Positions 40,066 through 52,789 of a stretch of DNA of 64,000 nucleotides are shown here, piece after piece. The stretch spans positions 45,694,001 through 45,758,000 of the forward strand of contig OX597830.1 of NCBI GenBank assembly GCA_951406725.2. Reading direction: 5' to 3'. Numbering within the stretch: the stretch's first letter is position 1; each line of letters starts with the position of its first letter. This stretch comes from Octopus vulgaris (Eukaryota). The notes beneath the pieces are model-generated. The model had not been told where the DNA came from. It did not search any database and was given only the letters and a program-made list of their open reading frames with translations. A program made the position numbers and the translations under genes.

Positions 40066-41107
40066 CTAAAAATAAAAGTAGCATGCAGCATGCATTGTCA
40101 TTAAAATAAGGTATTTTCAACAGAACAACCAGCACAAGTTTCCTCATAAGACACTCTCAAATCAACAGCAGCAAATACATGCAAACAAATTTCAAAAAAA
40201 GTTACACATTAATAGCAACTTGTAACATTTCTTCATAAATATTGGAATAGAAATTTCTAAGAGTCCACTAGTTGTTCCAGTCATTAAAATATGATAAGAA
40301 ATGTCGACATGTGTATAAATACACAAGAGATTTATATCAAACTATTTTTCTGATTGTTATCTAGTTAAAGTTTGTAGTATTAATTATGAATTAGCCTTTA
40401 ATCCACAGAAACAAATTGAAAGAGTGCCATTGTGAAAATAATGATTGATATATTTGATATATCAGAAACTGGTGGAAAGGAGATGAATTGCTGGAAACTA
40501 GACAACTCTTTGGCTGGACTTGAATAAGTGTTGAGACAAAATTAAAGAAATAACAACAGAAATGATAAAATTAAAATCAAAACAAAAAAAAAAAACAAAT
40601 CACAACTGTCTCAAAGACTTGAAAGACATACCTAGTTGGAAAACTAATAATGGAATCCAATGTAACTCATACAAAAAGCAGAAATAATTGAAACATCATT
40701 ACCATTCTGCAATCACTTTGTTTAAAGCTATAAATATAAGGATCAGCACACCTTGGCAAGGGTTTATTGTTTTGTCATAAATCACTTTCAAAAAGTTTAA
40801 AAGACAGAATTGCAAGAGGACAACAAACCTACATCAAGAATAATAATACAGCTGACAAATACAAAGTGATTGCTTCAGATGAACCAGAGCTGCTTCAAGG
40901 AGGTGTAATTTGTATAACTGTATCTTGCTTCTTTATTCATTTACTTTTTTTTTTTTTTTATAACATGCAGTCAATATTTTGTTGTATCATAATAAGAGGA
41001 AAATGAAAACTGTGCTTTGATTGGTAATAAAATTAAGATTGTACAGGTAGCATGGTGGTGAAAGGATGAGGAATAGCTACTCAATGTGTATGGACATATT
41101 ACATTAA

Positions 41108-42151
41108 CCCTTTCGTTACCAAACTGCCCAAAGCCGCCCGAAAAAAATTTTGGTTAATATGACCAAACCACCCGAATTTACCTATTCATATTTAAATGAG
41201 AATATCAGAGCAAATCTCTTTAGTACATTCGTGAAAACACGTGATTATGCTTCGTAAACAGTTCATCTACAGTTTTGTACAAAGATCGACGTGTAATTTT
41301 AATTCCCTGAATTTTGGGAGATTTTTTTCCACATTTTTTCCGGCATCGATTTTTCTTCAACTTTGAAAATAGATAGGAGTTTCATGTTATCAAGCATTGA
41401 TTCCGAATTGGAAAATTTGTGAAACAAATACTGGGTACTGTTGTGGATTTAGTTTTTATACAGGGAAACTAATGTTAGTCAGCATAGCTTAGGGTATGAT
41501 GTGGTCTGGAAGTTATTGTTTGAAGCGATCAATGCGGAAACAAACACAAAATGGGGGTTCAAATTTCGGAAAATTTGTGAAGCAAATACTGGGTACTTAG
41601 TTTTTATACAGGGAAAATAATGTTAGTCAGCATGGCCTAGGGAACGATGTGGTCTGGAATTTATCACTTCCATACCATAACCAGGGCCGTATATTATTTT
41701 TTGACCGATTTCTTTAGTTCGGTCAAACTTATGGTGGATTCCAATATTTCAGTTTATTCCACCTTTATGGTACACCTGTTGTGCATTAAATTCAACTGAT
41801 GATATAGTGATGTGCACAATTCTTCTTTATCAAAATTTTGTTGCATACCCATTTGAATATTAGCTGATCATTCCTTTTCTATGGTGATGTTTAAACAAAA
41901 TTTTAATATTTTTACCTTTTGCTCAATTTACCTGGATTTACTAGTAATTAAAGTCACTTTGAGACAAAAGTTATGCAATAGAATTGATTAAGAACCCTTT
42001 CTTTAATTATGTTCCAAATATCACATTAATATGTTGATAAGTAAAAAAGTTACAGTTATTTAATGAAACAAGCCTAGATTCATGATTATTTTAGAATTTA
42101 ATTGAAACTCATGAGGGGTGTATTTTGGTCAGAAATATAGTAACGAAAGGG
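41108..42151. mobile_element. Non-autonomous piggyBac-type element (1044 bp)
   Basis: TTAA target duplication on both sides (41104-41107, 42152-42155); perfect 12-bp TIR CCCTTTCGTTAC/GTAACGAAAGGG; internal ~100-bp direct repeat (41410-41511 / 41568-41659); no transposase ORF. Confidence 0.92.
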
Positions 42152-42171
42152 TTAAGAATGTACATAAATTA

Positions 42172-42202
<31 letters not shown>

Positions 42203-43170
42203 GGAGTGTAACTACTCTTACAACTGAGTTACATATGGAAACATCTGAACAAAATAAACTACTTCATCATAAAAGAATGACAAATAGCTTAAATATAACA
42301 ATCTTACATTAAGTGTTTCAAAATGAAGGATTTTTAGTAAATAAAGGGAACAATTAAAAATATATTTTATAATTTTAACTTATTTTAAGATACGGTGAAG
42401 CATATTATGCAGTTAATATCCCTAAATATACAAGTGTTATAAAATTGAATAAAAATGTTAACAAAGTGATTTAAAACTATGACATAGACTCCCTGCAGTT
42501 GGATTACTTTAGAATTTAGGCAGTGTTGCATGAAATTAATTAGGAAAAACTTAGTGAAGTAAATAATGAATTAGTTAAATATCAATACTAGCAGAGATTA
42601 AAAGATTTAATCATTAAATCCAATTCAACATTTAGCAATTGCTCATATTTAGGCCTAGAAACTGTTTACTAAGTTTAGCAAGTTATAAAAAGGCAAATAT
42701 TTTGAAGATTAGCAAGAGAAGCTCATTTTGTATACTCTGAATTCTTGATTAATAAATGTGTATTTATGAGAGCATAATTGATGAAAACACCAATAACACA
42801 TATTCAGTCTAATAGAGAAACCAAAAACTGCAGATATCTTACTTGTATGAACAGTGGTACATTCAAAAGCTGTTTAGACAAAATAAGAAATCAAGTATGG
42901 CATGGCAGAATATTTCAATGTTTTTATGTTAAAAATCACACATATTAACAAAATAGCATCAATAATTAGATTTTCGTCTACAAAATTCTAGAGAGAATAA
43001 TGAATACCCAAGCTAGGTTAGAGCAGCCGACATGCAATAGTTTGGCACTCCAGAGTAGATGTCAAGAACAAAGACAACACACTTAGAGCAAGAATTATCA
43101 AACTGTATGCAGTTGTGTGTTTGTAAGCTTGTATATGCCTCTGTGTGTGTGTGTGCATCTATTCACACAA

Positions 43171-43210
<40 letters not shown>

Positions 43211-43988
43211 CACACATACATAGACATACACACACAAACACATGCGCATGTATACAAATATTATTTCAATGCTATACTGTTTCAACACAGACATCTACAA
43301 CATTTAGAAAGAGAGACAGAGTTGAAAGAACTAAGTACCACCAGTAGAAAGGAGAAAAGAAACAAGAGTTGATTTCTTCAAATGTTTGTCATATAGAAGC
43401 ACTGAAAGAAGCACATTAGACTGACATAGATACTCATGCACAAATCCAATCATTAATATTAAATATTTTATAACTTTCAGTTCAGTGGCACATTATTAAA
43501 TCGTTTACTAATGAATACTAGGAACATGCCAAGTCGTACTAGCAAATCAAATCTTATTGGTATACAAGTAAAACTTGACAAGTATTTTCTTTCTTTTTAT
43601 TCTTTCATTTTATGACAAATGAAAAATTGTGAATAGATACCTTCACAAAGAGTTACATAAAACAAAATAAACAAAGTCTGAATTTAAACAAAACTGTCAT
43701 AACTTCATCAATGAAATGTACTGGTGCACATTGAAATATATTCTGAATTATATAAACTTGAATAAAACTCTAATTTGTATATGTTTAAAATGATTAACAT
43801 TTGAAAACAATTTTTTTTTTCAATATCAAGCAAAGGTTAATTGAAAAGTAATGTGAAATTTCAGACTTTGTACAGAAAAGAAAGTATCAAAATAAATCAA
43901 AGGAACATAAGAACTGTACTACATATTGGCATTGTGGCAGTTATAACTACCAAAATTACCCACCAAGATGAGTTACTTTATTAATTTG

Positions 43989-44240
43989 TAACCCAAGATG
44001 AATTAGTAAGGACTAATTAAATTTAGTAATAGTCATCATTTTCAGGAAAGATTTTCTTTTATTTTCTCTTTTCAGCATTTTATTTGATTATATATTTCAC
44101 AAAACTCCTTCTCACATTGAATAAAATCTTTTCTTAAGAAACAAAAAAAAAAGGAAAAAAAAAAAAAGGAAGAACAAGCTACTCCTTAAAAGTTTCCCAT
44201 AAGTAAGGGAGATGTTACAAGCCAGTTCATATCAGCTATG
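43989..44240 (+). repeat. ~245-bp direct repeat, copy 1 (copy 2 at 45313-45555)
   Basis: tagtaaggactaattaaatttagtaatagtcatcattttc..tttcacaaaactccttctcaca..gaagaacaagctac occurs in both copies. Confidence 0.93.
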
Positions 44241-45022
44241 AAAAGTAACAGGCTTAGAGATTGTAAACCAAGTAGTTGTCTGAGGAAAGAAACAGTATGA
44301 CGATAAGTGTTAACTCTTCAGATCTTCTTCCAACTTCATGAAACATTGTTCAAATTAGTGCAAGAGTCAATAATGAATCAGAATGTGAAATGAAATGTCT
44401 TTCCTGTATTTCAATAATTTCATTTATTATTATAGTAAACTAATTGAATCACAGTCTAATGTATACACTGAATGCAAACCATAAAATTCATTCAGTAATG
44501 AAAGATGGGCCAAAGTATGATTCTCGCTTTCCTTTCAGCCAACTTAGTATTTAGAGATTGGCATCTGCCCCATACAATTGTTGAGTATTAGATTAGCTGA
44601 CGATTATCAACAAATTAGTGAGATTGAAAGGGGAAGAAAAAAATCTTTTCTTCAGCAAGAGATTATCTCTCTCTGATATCAAGCTATATTTATTTACTTT
44701 CTTCTTTTCAGTACACTACACCATTTCATATGCTTTAATCAAAATATTGTTTCCCGTCTTCATTAATTTTACAAGAGAGGAAATTAATCACAATCTCTCA
44801 ATACATAAAATATTTGTAATTTTTAGTTACAATAAAAAATACAATTAAAAATTGCAGCCTGGTCAATCAGACTTTAAATTGAATATAAACTGTATAGAAG
44901 GATTGTAACAAAAATTTGAATCATGCTCAAAATTTTGTTATATTTAGATAAATACTGATGTTATATAAAATAAGAGATACAAAACATTTGTATGGGCTAC
45001 ACTTAAAAAAGCAGTTATCTAC

Positions 45023-45145
45023 CTGCATATCTGTCGATGGTGGTCCACTGTCCGATTTCTCTTTCTGTCGGCGATCACCTTTTTCACCCTTTTCTCTCAT
45101 ATCTTTCTCTCTAGACATCAGATCTTTAGAGGAAGATCCTGATAT
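45023..45145 (-). CDS. AGAP1: AGAP linker exon (123 nt, phase 0/0): ISGSSSKDLMSREKDMREKGEKGDRRQKEKSDSGPPSTDMQ
   Basis: Acceptor ttcttcctttttgtttcag and donor CAG|gtagat; open frame; phase matches neighbouring exons. Confidence 0.88.
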
Positions 45146-45312
45146 CTGAAACAAAAAGGAAGAAATTCATAGAAAGTTTCATTAAATTCTGCTATGATCA
45201 AAGATACCAACAGAAAATGTTGGTGACTGTTGTTTCTATATTTTTGTTCAACGTTCATTTATTTGAACTGGTTATGAAAGGGTAAACTTAATGACTTTAT
45301 TTACATCATTTT

Positions 45313-45555
45313 TAACCCAGGATGAACTAGTAAGGACTAATTAAATTTAGTAATAGTCATCATTTTCTAATCTTCAGAAAATATTTTCTTTTATTTTCTC
45401 TTTTCAGCAGTTTATTTGATTATGTATTTCACAAAACTCCTTCTCACACTGAATAAAATCTTTTCTTAAAGACAAAAAAAGAGAAGAACAAGCTACACCT
45501 TAAAAGTTCCCAATAAGTGAGTGAGATGTTACAAACCCGTTCGTATCACTAATGA
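45313..45555 (+). repeat. ~245-bp direct repeat, copy 2
   Basis: See 43989-44240. Confidence 0.93.
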
Positions 45556-46345
45556 TATGAACTCGCCTAAAGAAAACCAAAAATGTCACGAGCTAGTGGT
45601 AAGGACAAAAAGGTTTCAAGAAATAAGGAAAGGAGCAAGAAAGAATTTAAGACTTGTCTTTTTGCAAAATAAATCAATCATTAAACAATAGAATGTTTTA
45701 TGTTCCTTTCAGTTTTGCCGTTTCCTTCGGCTTTTAATGAAGTAGTAGCTTAATTTAATCTTAAGTGGCTACTATCAACCAAGCAAATGATCGCTTCATT
45801 GCAACTCTAAGCATTTCAGGTTCAAACCCATCTTAGTAGAAATACAAGAAGAGCAAAAAGCAGGACAGGGAATGGAAAATGTGAAGCTTGCTGTTGGAGG
45901 GAGGAAACTGCATCTCTTTCTGAGAATCTACAGCTTTCCTAGGCTATGGAGTTTGATTCTCCTGAGATTCGGCCCTTTCTTTTCTTTAAGCAAGTTTGGG
46001 TTGTTTCATAGAATTTCTTTTCTTTTGGGATGGACTACAAGTTTCAAAAGTGAAGCATTGTAATGTAGGTCACACAATTATGTATGAAATTCACGGGGCC
46101 CAGTGTGCGAAGGATTACTCTGATAGTTCTAGCAATATGGGAACCTGAAAGACAAATAGTATTATCTAATATCTGATCTGATAATGGACATTTTCCAGCA
46201 AGTCTTTTGGAGAAAAGATCAATGTAAGATAACAAGAAATACATACTGCCCCAAAAAAAAGAAAAGAAAAAAAGAGAGAGACAGAGAGAGAGAGCAGTGG
46301 AGAACATTGCTAGTTTGAACAGAAAAGACTAATCTGGATTTAAAT

Positions 46346-46570
46346 TCAGCCTTTCATTGTCATATTTTTGTTGAATACACTGTGTTTGTTTCAACCAATT
46401 TTGAAAATAATGAAGTATTCAGTAAAATAACGTTATTATTAAGCTGGTGCTTGGAACCTATATCGACATAAAATTTGAATTAAGGGTTTTAGTTTATATC
46501 CTTTTATAGGAGGAAGTTTGTCTCTCAGAATCAAGGACTGCCTCAGCTGAGACAACATCAAAAGGGTCAA
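46346..46570. mobile_element. Decayed piggyBac-type MITE related to the end of the 41108-42151 element
   Basis: Starts cctttc.tt..catattt.tg..aatacac, like the reverse complement of the 42151 end; ends aaagggtcaa. Confidence 0.55.
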
Positions 46571-47208
46571 ATTATGTCAGTCTGAATTCTAGTTACATGT
46601 AAAAAAAAAATGTATCAAGATATCGTTATCTCAACAATTTATAATCTTAACTTTTATAACTTTAATCCTAAAATGTAAACAAATGGTTCTGATTGTTTTG
46701 AAAAAGTAGCATTCAAAATTTAATCATAGAAATACATAAGAACGAATTTATTGAAATAACGAGTTATAAACCAAATGAAAATGTTGTTATTTCCTTTTTT
46801 CTTTTTTTACATTTTACCAACCACACAAAGATTGGAACAGGATGTGTTGTTCAATTTTGAAACATTTAATGAATAGTGCATAAATATGCTTGTGAATGGT
46901 ATTTACCAGAAAATATTAGTCTAAACAGAATTCACAAAGGGACTTTCTGAAACAGCCTAACTTCCTAATTTCTTATCAGTAAGTAACGTAATGCTAATTT
47001 ATTTAAAGGACTCATGAAATTTAGAATGAATGTGTTGTATAGTAAATAAATTTGTTAAATCAAATCATGGGAGAGAAAAGATTTTTTTTTCTTGTCAAGG
47101 TCACATTCAAAACCTAAATGTACTATTATTATCAACTACTTATATTAGACCTATCCTGTAATACTTATTACAATAATACACATTGTCCAAAGTTAAAGAA
47201 AAAATTAC

Positions 47209-47253
47209 TTCCTTCACTATGCTGACGAACACAGCCTCAATTAGGATATTATA
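47209..47253 (-). CDS. Candidate AGAP cassette exon (45 nt, phase 0/0): YNILIEAVFVSIVKE
   Basis: Strong acceptor tgtattttttgttgcag, donor GAA|gtaatt, open in phase 0, length divisible by 3. Confidence 0.45.
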
Positions 47254-48144
47254 CTGCAACAAAAAATACATTCTAATATACAAATATATACCAATATCTA
47301 TGTAGTGTTATGAGATGATAACATATTTCTATAACGCAAGGCTAATTTCAATCCTGTAAAGTTTATTCAATTGATTTTCAATTATTGTGAGCCACATCTT
47401 CAAGGAAATTATTAATAAATGAAGAATTTCCATGTAGTTTAGGGGGCAATGTTTTCAAAAGTGGGGACCCCAAAGTGCTACTGATTTAGGGAAGTACATT
47501 CATTCTGAAAGTCATGAAGAATAATATTACCTTGAAGTTGCCCAACAGTTAATAACAAATAGGTAGAGTACCTCAATGGGTTTAAATAGACATAGAACTC
47601 TTCTGACCAAGAACCAGTAACAAAAGCACCAAAGTGAAATAAATTGGTTGGCAGCCATAAGGAAGAGAAAAACTGTAAAGCTTCAAGCAGTATTTTATGT
47701 GAGATTGGCCAAAAGGTTAGATTTCTTCTCTTTCTGATGGCAAATCAATTTACTTCACTTTTGAATTGTTTATATTCACTAGCTACTGACACAGTGACCA
47801 CAAGTAGCTGCCTTGGGTCATATTGTTTAGATTAGTCAGAAGAGTTAAGGTAGTGCCTTTCTAGGACCTCTGAGACTGGTGAGAGAGAGAGAGACACTCA
47901 CCCTCTGACTGAAAACAAGCTTGCAACAGAGTGGGTTCTGCTTAAGTCACCCAACATGTGCGAGTTGCTAGTATTAAACTAGACAACATGCAAATCTACC
48001 CAAGTTCCATTGATCCAAAGTCATGCATCGTGTACATCTGGATTTCTAACTCAAAAACCAATTCTGAATATAAAAGTAGAGAGTATTTATTATAGTGTTA
48101 CTATTACTCTCCATTACTACTCTGATCATCTAATGTGACCAGCT

Positions 48145-48158
48145 ATATGTATATACAA

Positions 48159-48200
<42 letters not shown>

Positions 48201-48269
48201 TTATTTATGTATTTATATACAGATAGATGGATATAAATATAGATATATATAAAGATATATATATGTATG

Positions 48270-48309
<40 letters not shown>

Positions 48310-48543
48310 TAGATAGATAGATATAAATATAAAGATATGATAGATATAAATAAAGATATGATAGATCATTAGCTACTACACACATTTTTTTCTCTCCTTG
48401 TTTTTTCTGTGTACCTTTCTGTAGAAGAGCGCAGGGGCGAAACGTAAAAGACTTTTTCTATTCCTGAGCTTTATACTAATACTAATACATCTGTTTGTTT
48501 TGTACACCACCGGTCTTCGTCTTTTGTTTTTTTCGTAAACTTT

Positions 48544-48592
<49 letters not shown>

Positions 48593-48670
48593 CAGATAGA
48601 TATAAATATAGATATATATAAAGATATATATATATATTTATTTTCTTTTTCTAGTTTCAGCTCAGAGCTG

Positions 48671-48717
<47 letters not shown>

Positions 48718-48788
48718 GTATTTATGTATATATATACAGATAGATATAAATATAGATATATATATACGTGTGTGTGTGTGTATTTATG

Positions 48789-48844
<56 letters not shown>

Positions 48845-48865
48845 CACACACACATATATACACAA
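48145..48865. repeat. Compound (TA)n/(GATA)n microsatellite block interrupted by a Penelope-like fragment
   Basis: Composite unit tatatacagataga..tataaatatagatatatata recurs at about 48215, 48587 and 48732. Confidence 0.9.
48370..48548 (+). mobile_element. Probable Penelope-like terminal repeat fragment
   Basis: GAAGAG..CGAAACGTA hammerhead-like core in a unique segment embedded in (TA)n. Confidence 0.5.
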
Positions 48866-50489
48866 ATAATTAATAATGACAGAAGTAGTATTAATACCAA
48901 AAGATTTTGATCTCCAACTTAATGTGGATGTTGTGATAGAACACAGAAAACTGTGTTAATTACCTTGAGAGAATTTCTCATATGGACATATGCATAAAAG
49001 CACACGTAATTATGAGAGAGAGAGAGATGGAATAGAGAGGGAGACTATTAGAGAATGTTCCTTTGATCATCTATGTGTATTTATATTTTCAGATTTCACT
49101 GACTTCTCTTTATATCTCTATTGAAACCAACTTTTGTTTTTTCTAGTTATCTAGCAACATTAAAAACTTTACAAAAAATATATAAAAAAAAACACCATTA
49201 AATAATACCTTGGAATCATCCTCAAAACAAAATAAAACGAAGATATAAAAATTACTTGCCACATTCATGCAGTACGTAAATTAATCCACCAGCATGGATA
49301 ATTGCTTCCTACTTTTTGAATTCAGAAATTTATGAAAGAATTTCATAAATGTTTCGATGCATATTTTTCTAATTCACATGGGAATCAAATTAATAGCAGA
49401 ATGTAAATACGTAGCACTAGACATCTCCCGTTTAGACAAAGGACAAAAAGAAAATGTTTATCACTAGCTGCACATGTTGCTGAAGTGGACTGCTCACCAC
49501 AGACCACAGCACTTTATTAACATCGTGTAAGAAAGTGGGGAGACTATCTCTATCCAAGCTCTTTTGTCTGTCCTATGCTCTTAAGCCAAAGAGACTTGCA
49601 ACGATTACCTATTGCTAAAATAATGAGAGGAAGGGGGTAAGAGTAAAACACAACATAACCCTAGGGAAAATACTAAGAGTAAAGCAGGTTAAAGTAATAA
49701 AGATGAAGGGAGAGGGATGCGGGGGGGGGGTGTTAACCAGCTGTTAGTTACTTTGTTTCTGAAACTAATGGATTATCAAACATGTCACTTAAAGCAATTA
49801 TCCTTGTTTATAACTTTTATCATACATAAAATTGTGCCTCAAAATTATACTTAAGAAAAATTTTAATCTCTCTCTCTCTTTCTCTCATTCTAATTTAATA
49901 AGTACAAAATTATAATTCATTTTCAAAAATTAACACTTTTAACTGACTGTGCTCTTGAAGGATTTGTTAATCAATTTAAAAAAGTGTTATCTCCCCCACC
50001 TCCCTCCCTCTCTCTCTAAACAGGCAAAATTAAAGACATTTGATGACTCAGTAGCTTCTTTGAGTATGATCAACAACTCATCTTTTAACATCCATCCCTC
50101 TATCAATCTTCTAACTGCAAGACTACTTATCAGGCTGTTGTAAAAGATACCACTTCTCTCCCTAGACCTCATATTGTATCCCTATGACTGTCTTTTGTCA
50201 CCTCTGCCCTCCTCTCTCCTATTTTCTTCCTTCACTTCCCCTTAACTGAACTGATATTCACTGTATCCAACTAAATCCTGGGTCTCTAATCATCTGTCAT
50301 ACTATTTTCACCTGAGCACATTTTACCTACCCACTCACCTTTTCTCTTCCCCTATCCCATTCTTGTTTTCCATACTCACTGTGTACTTGATCCCACCAAC
50401 TTCTCTCTCTCTCTCTCTCCTCTTCAACACCTGTCTCCTGTCTCCAGACTTCCATATCCTTCAGTACTATACCATATTCAGTGGAGGGG

Positions 50490-50727
50490 TTTTGTCTTGC
50501 AGGCACTTGGTGACCTCACCAGTACTGGTGCCACAAAAAATAGAAAAAAGCACACAGTACACTGTGTGAAATGATTTGGAAGGGTGTCCAGCTGTAGAAA
50601 CCACACCAAAACAGACATCAGAGCTTGGTGCTGTCCTCTCACTTGTCTCTTCATGTCAAACTGTCCAACCCATGTCAGTGTGGAAAAAGCAGCTATATTG
50701 ATGATAGTGATGATGATGACGATGATT
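50490..50727 (+). mobile_element. RTE 3' tail preceded by a CT-rich tract
   Basis: ggaaggg..tccagctgtagaaacca..tgtcaaactgtccaacccatg..(gat)n. Confidence 0.8.
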
Positions 50728-50957
50728 TATGAGTCAATAAATGAGATCCAGAGATTTTCAATATAGAAAACAAAAGCATTCAAATGATTTAAACTTACAC
50801 CCCAATATCTTTACCAGGGACCAATTGCACGGAGTAAAGAGTGGCTGTAAGGGGAATCAAGGTGAGCAGGTATGGAGACAATTATGGAGATCCTTCATGA
50901 TGTTGACAGATTTACTTGTATATTTGCATAATTTTCTCTCTCTCTACATACATATAT

Positions 50958-51021
<64 letters not shown>

Positions 51022-51029
51022 TACATGAT

Positions 51030-51718
51030 GTACTCGGTAATTCCTGGGAAAGAAGGGCTTATCCCTTGGTTCCATTCTCATAATTGTCTAGCTAATCCAG
51101 TAAAAACAATACAAAGTATGTAGCCCTTAAAATGGTTTTTGTGCATTTACAGAGAATACTGATCTGTCTTACACAGGATCTTGATTTTAGGAATTCCCAA
51201 TAAGCTATGAATACCCAAATTGTGAAGTCAGTTATGTAATAACATGAAATTAATTACCTGATAGTAAGAATTCAAATAAAGTAGCCCTGAAAAGGGCTTT
51301 AATGTGTTCCCAGAGTATATAGAACATAGGAGGAAATACTAATAAGGTATGTATGCTAAAATCGTGAAGCATGTTACATAACAACAGGATAATCAGATAT
51401 GAGATAATAATAATTCAAAGTAAATAACTCTGCAAAAAAACTTCCCAGAGAATATTACCCTCAGGGGCGCTAGTGTTGGTATATTCGTGTTGGTATAACC
51501 GAAATAAATGGATCTATTGTTTAGGAAAATACCATTTACTTGTTTAAGGGTTGTACTAGATAAATTGCAAAAATAACTCTAACAGTTCAAACACTAAGAA
51601 ATAAGCATACTCAATTTCATTTTTACCAAATAATTTAGGAAAATGAATGGGTTATTTCCCTTGGCTATATATAAGGATTCCTTCCAGGGACGAATGGGTT
51701 ATTTCCCTTGGTTTTTAA

Positions 51719-51780
<62 letters not shown>

Positions 51781-51950
51781 AAGGATCCTTTCCGGGAGCC
51801 CTATTATCGATTTTTTCAACAATCTGAGTATGCCATGAGGTTTCCAGACATGAGTTCTACTAACGTGTCAAGTTTCATCAAAATCGATAAAACAATGTAA
51901 GAGGAGTTAGCTAACAACTCCACAAACACACCCATAGACAGAATTTCTCA
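51030..51950 (+). mobile_element. Unclassified non-autonomous element between (TA)n arrays, possibly Helitron/Helentron-like
   Basis: Ends aagtttcatcaaaatcg..gaggagtt..acaaaca..agacaga-(TA)n, resembling rolling-circle-derived repeats; internal duplication of gaatgggttatttcccttgg and tatataaggat. Confidence 0.45.
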
Positions 51951-52111
51951 CATATATATATATATATGTATGTATGTACATATATATACATATATAAACA
52001 TATACATATATACGTATATATATATATATATACATATATACATATATACACATATATACATATATACACATATATACATATATATATATACATATACATA
52101 TATATACATAC

Positions 52112-52198
<87 letters not shown>

Positions 52199-52255
52199 CA
52201 CATATATATATATATATATATACACATATATATATACATATATATATATATACAT
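51950..52255. repeat. Long compound (TA)n/(TACA) microsatellite
   Basis: About 300 bp alternating purine-pyrimidine tract; the source of several spurious YI-rich ORFs. Confidence 0.97.
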
Positions 52256-52470
52256 GACAAAGTGCAGACGACTGGCTGGATGGAACCTAAGAACATTCAG
52301 AACCAGAGATAAGGAAACCATGATGGTCCTCTGGTGGACATTCGGCCTCAGCCGCCTGGATTACTGCTCACAGCTATGGTCACCCACCAGTGTGAAATTA
52401 ACAGCGGACCTTGAAGCAATCCAGAGAAGATTCACAAAGCAGATCATCTCTTTGCAACAGCTCAGCTACT
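52255..52470 (+). mobile_element. CR1/L2-like LINE RT C-terminal fragment
   Basis: [25 protein letters not shown]....[10 protein letters not shown] matches the L[ED]YC..WSP....LE..QRR.TK motif. Confidence 0.85.
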
Positions 52471-52789
52471 GTTGGCAACTTTTCTCCTCCACCCATTTTG
52501 TAGGAGGTCTTACCCATTTTTCTGGGCTCTTCTCACAGATATACCCTATTTGAAATTTGCATTAGTTTTTGAATGAAAAAGAAAAAGGAAGGGAGCAGGG
52601 CTTGTCTGTAATTTGTGGAGGAAATGTTAAATGTGCCGGAAGAAAAAACGTGGTCTTTCCTCGCAACTAAAAGGCATGAAGAACTATGAAAAAAGGCGAA
52701 TAAGTACTGGGGGTGGGGGAAAGAAGAGAGAACTAACATTTGATCATTCTAGAACTCCCAGAATGAAAATGTTAAACATCTGAAATACT

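Noticed and set aside
47895-47990. Strong minus-strand donor AGG|gtgagt near 47900 (MLGDLSRTHSVASLFSVR..)
   Set aside because: The ATG frame ends in phase 2 and fits no neighbouring acceptor; the phase-0 reading lacks a credible acceptor
48143-48863. YI-rich ORFs
   Set aside because: Microsatellite translation artefacts
51907-52553. Cluster of long ORFs (YIYI/VCVC-rich, up to 195 aa)
   Set aside because: Produced by stop-free microsatellite; only the last ~70 codons are real, and they are a LINE remnant
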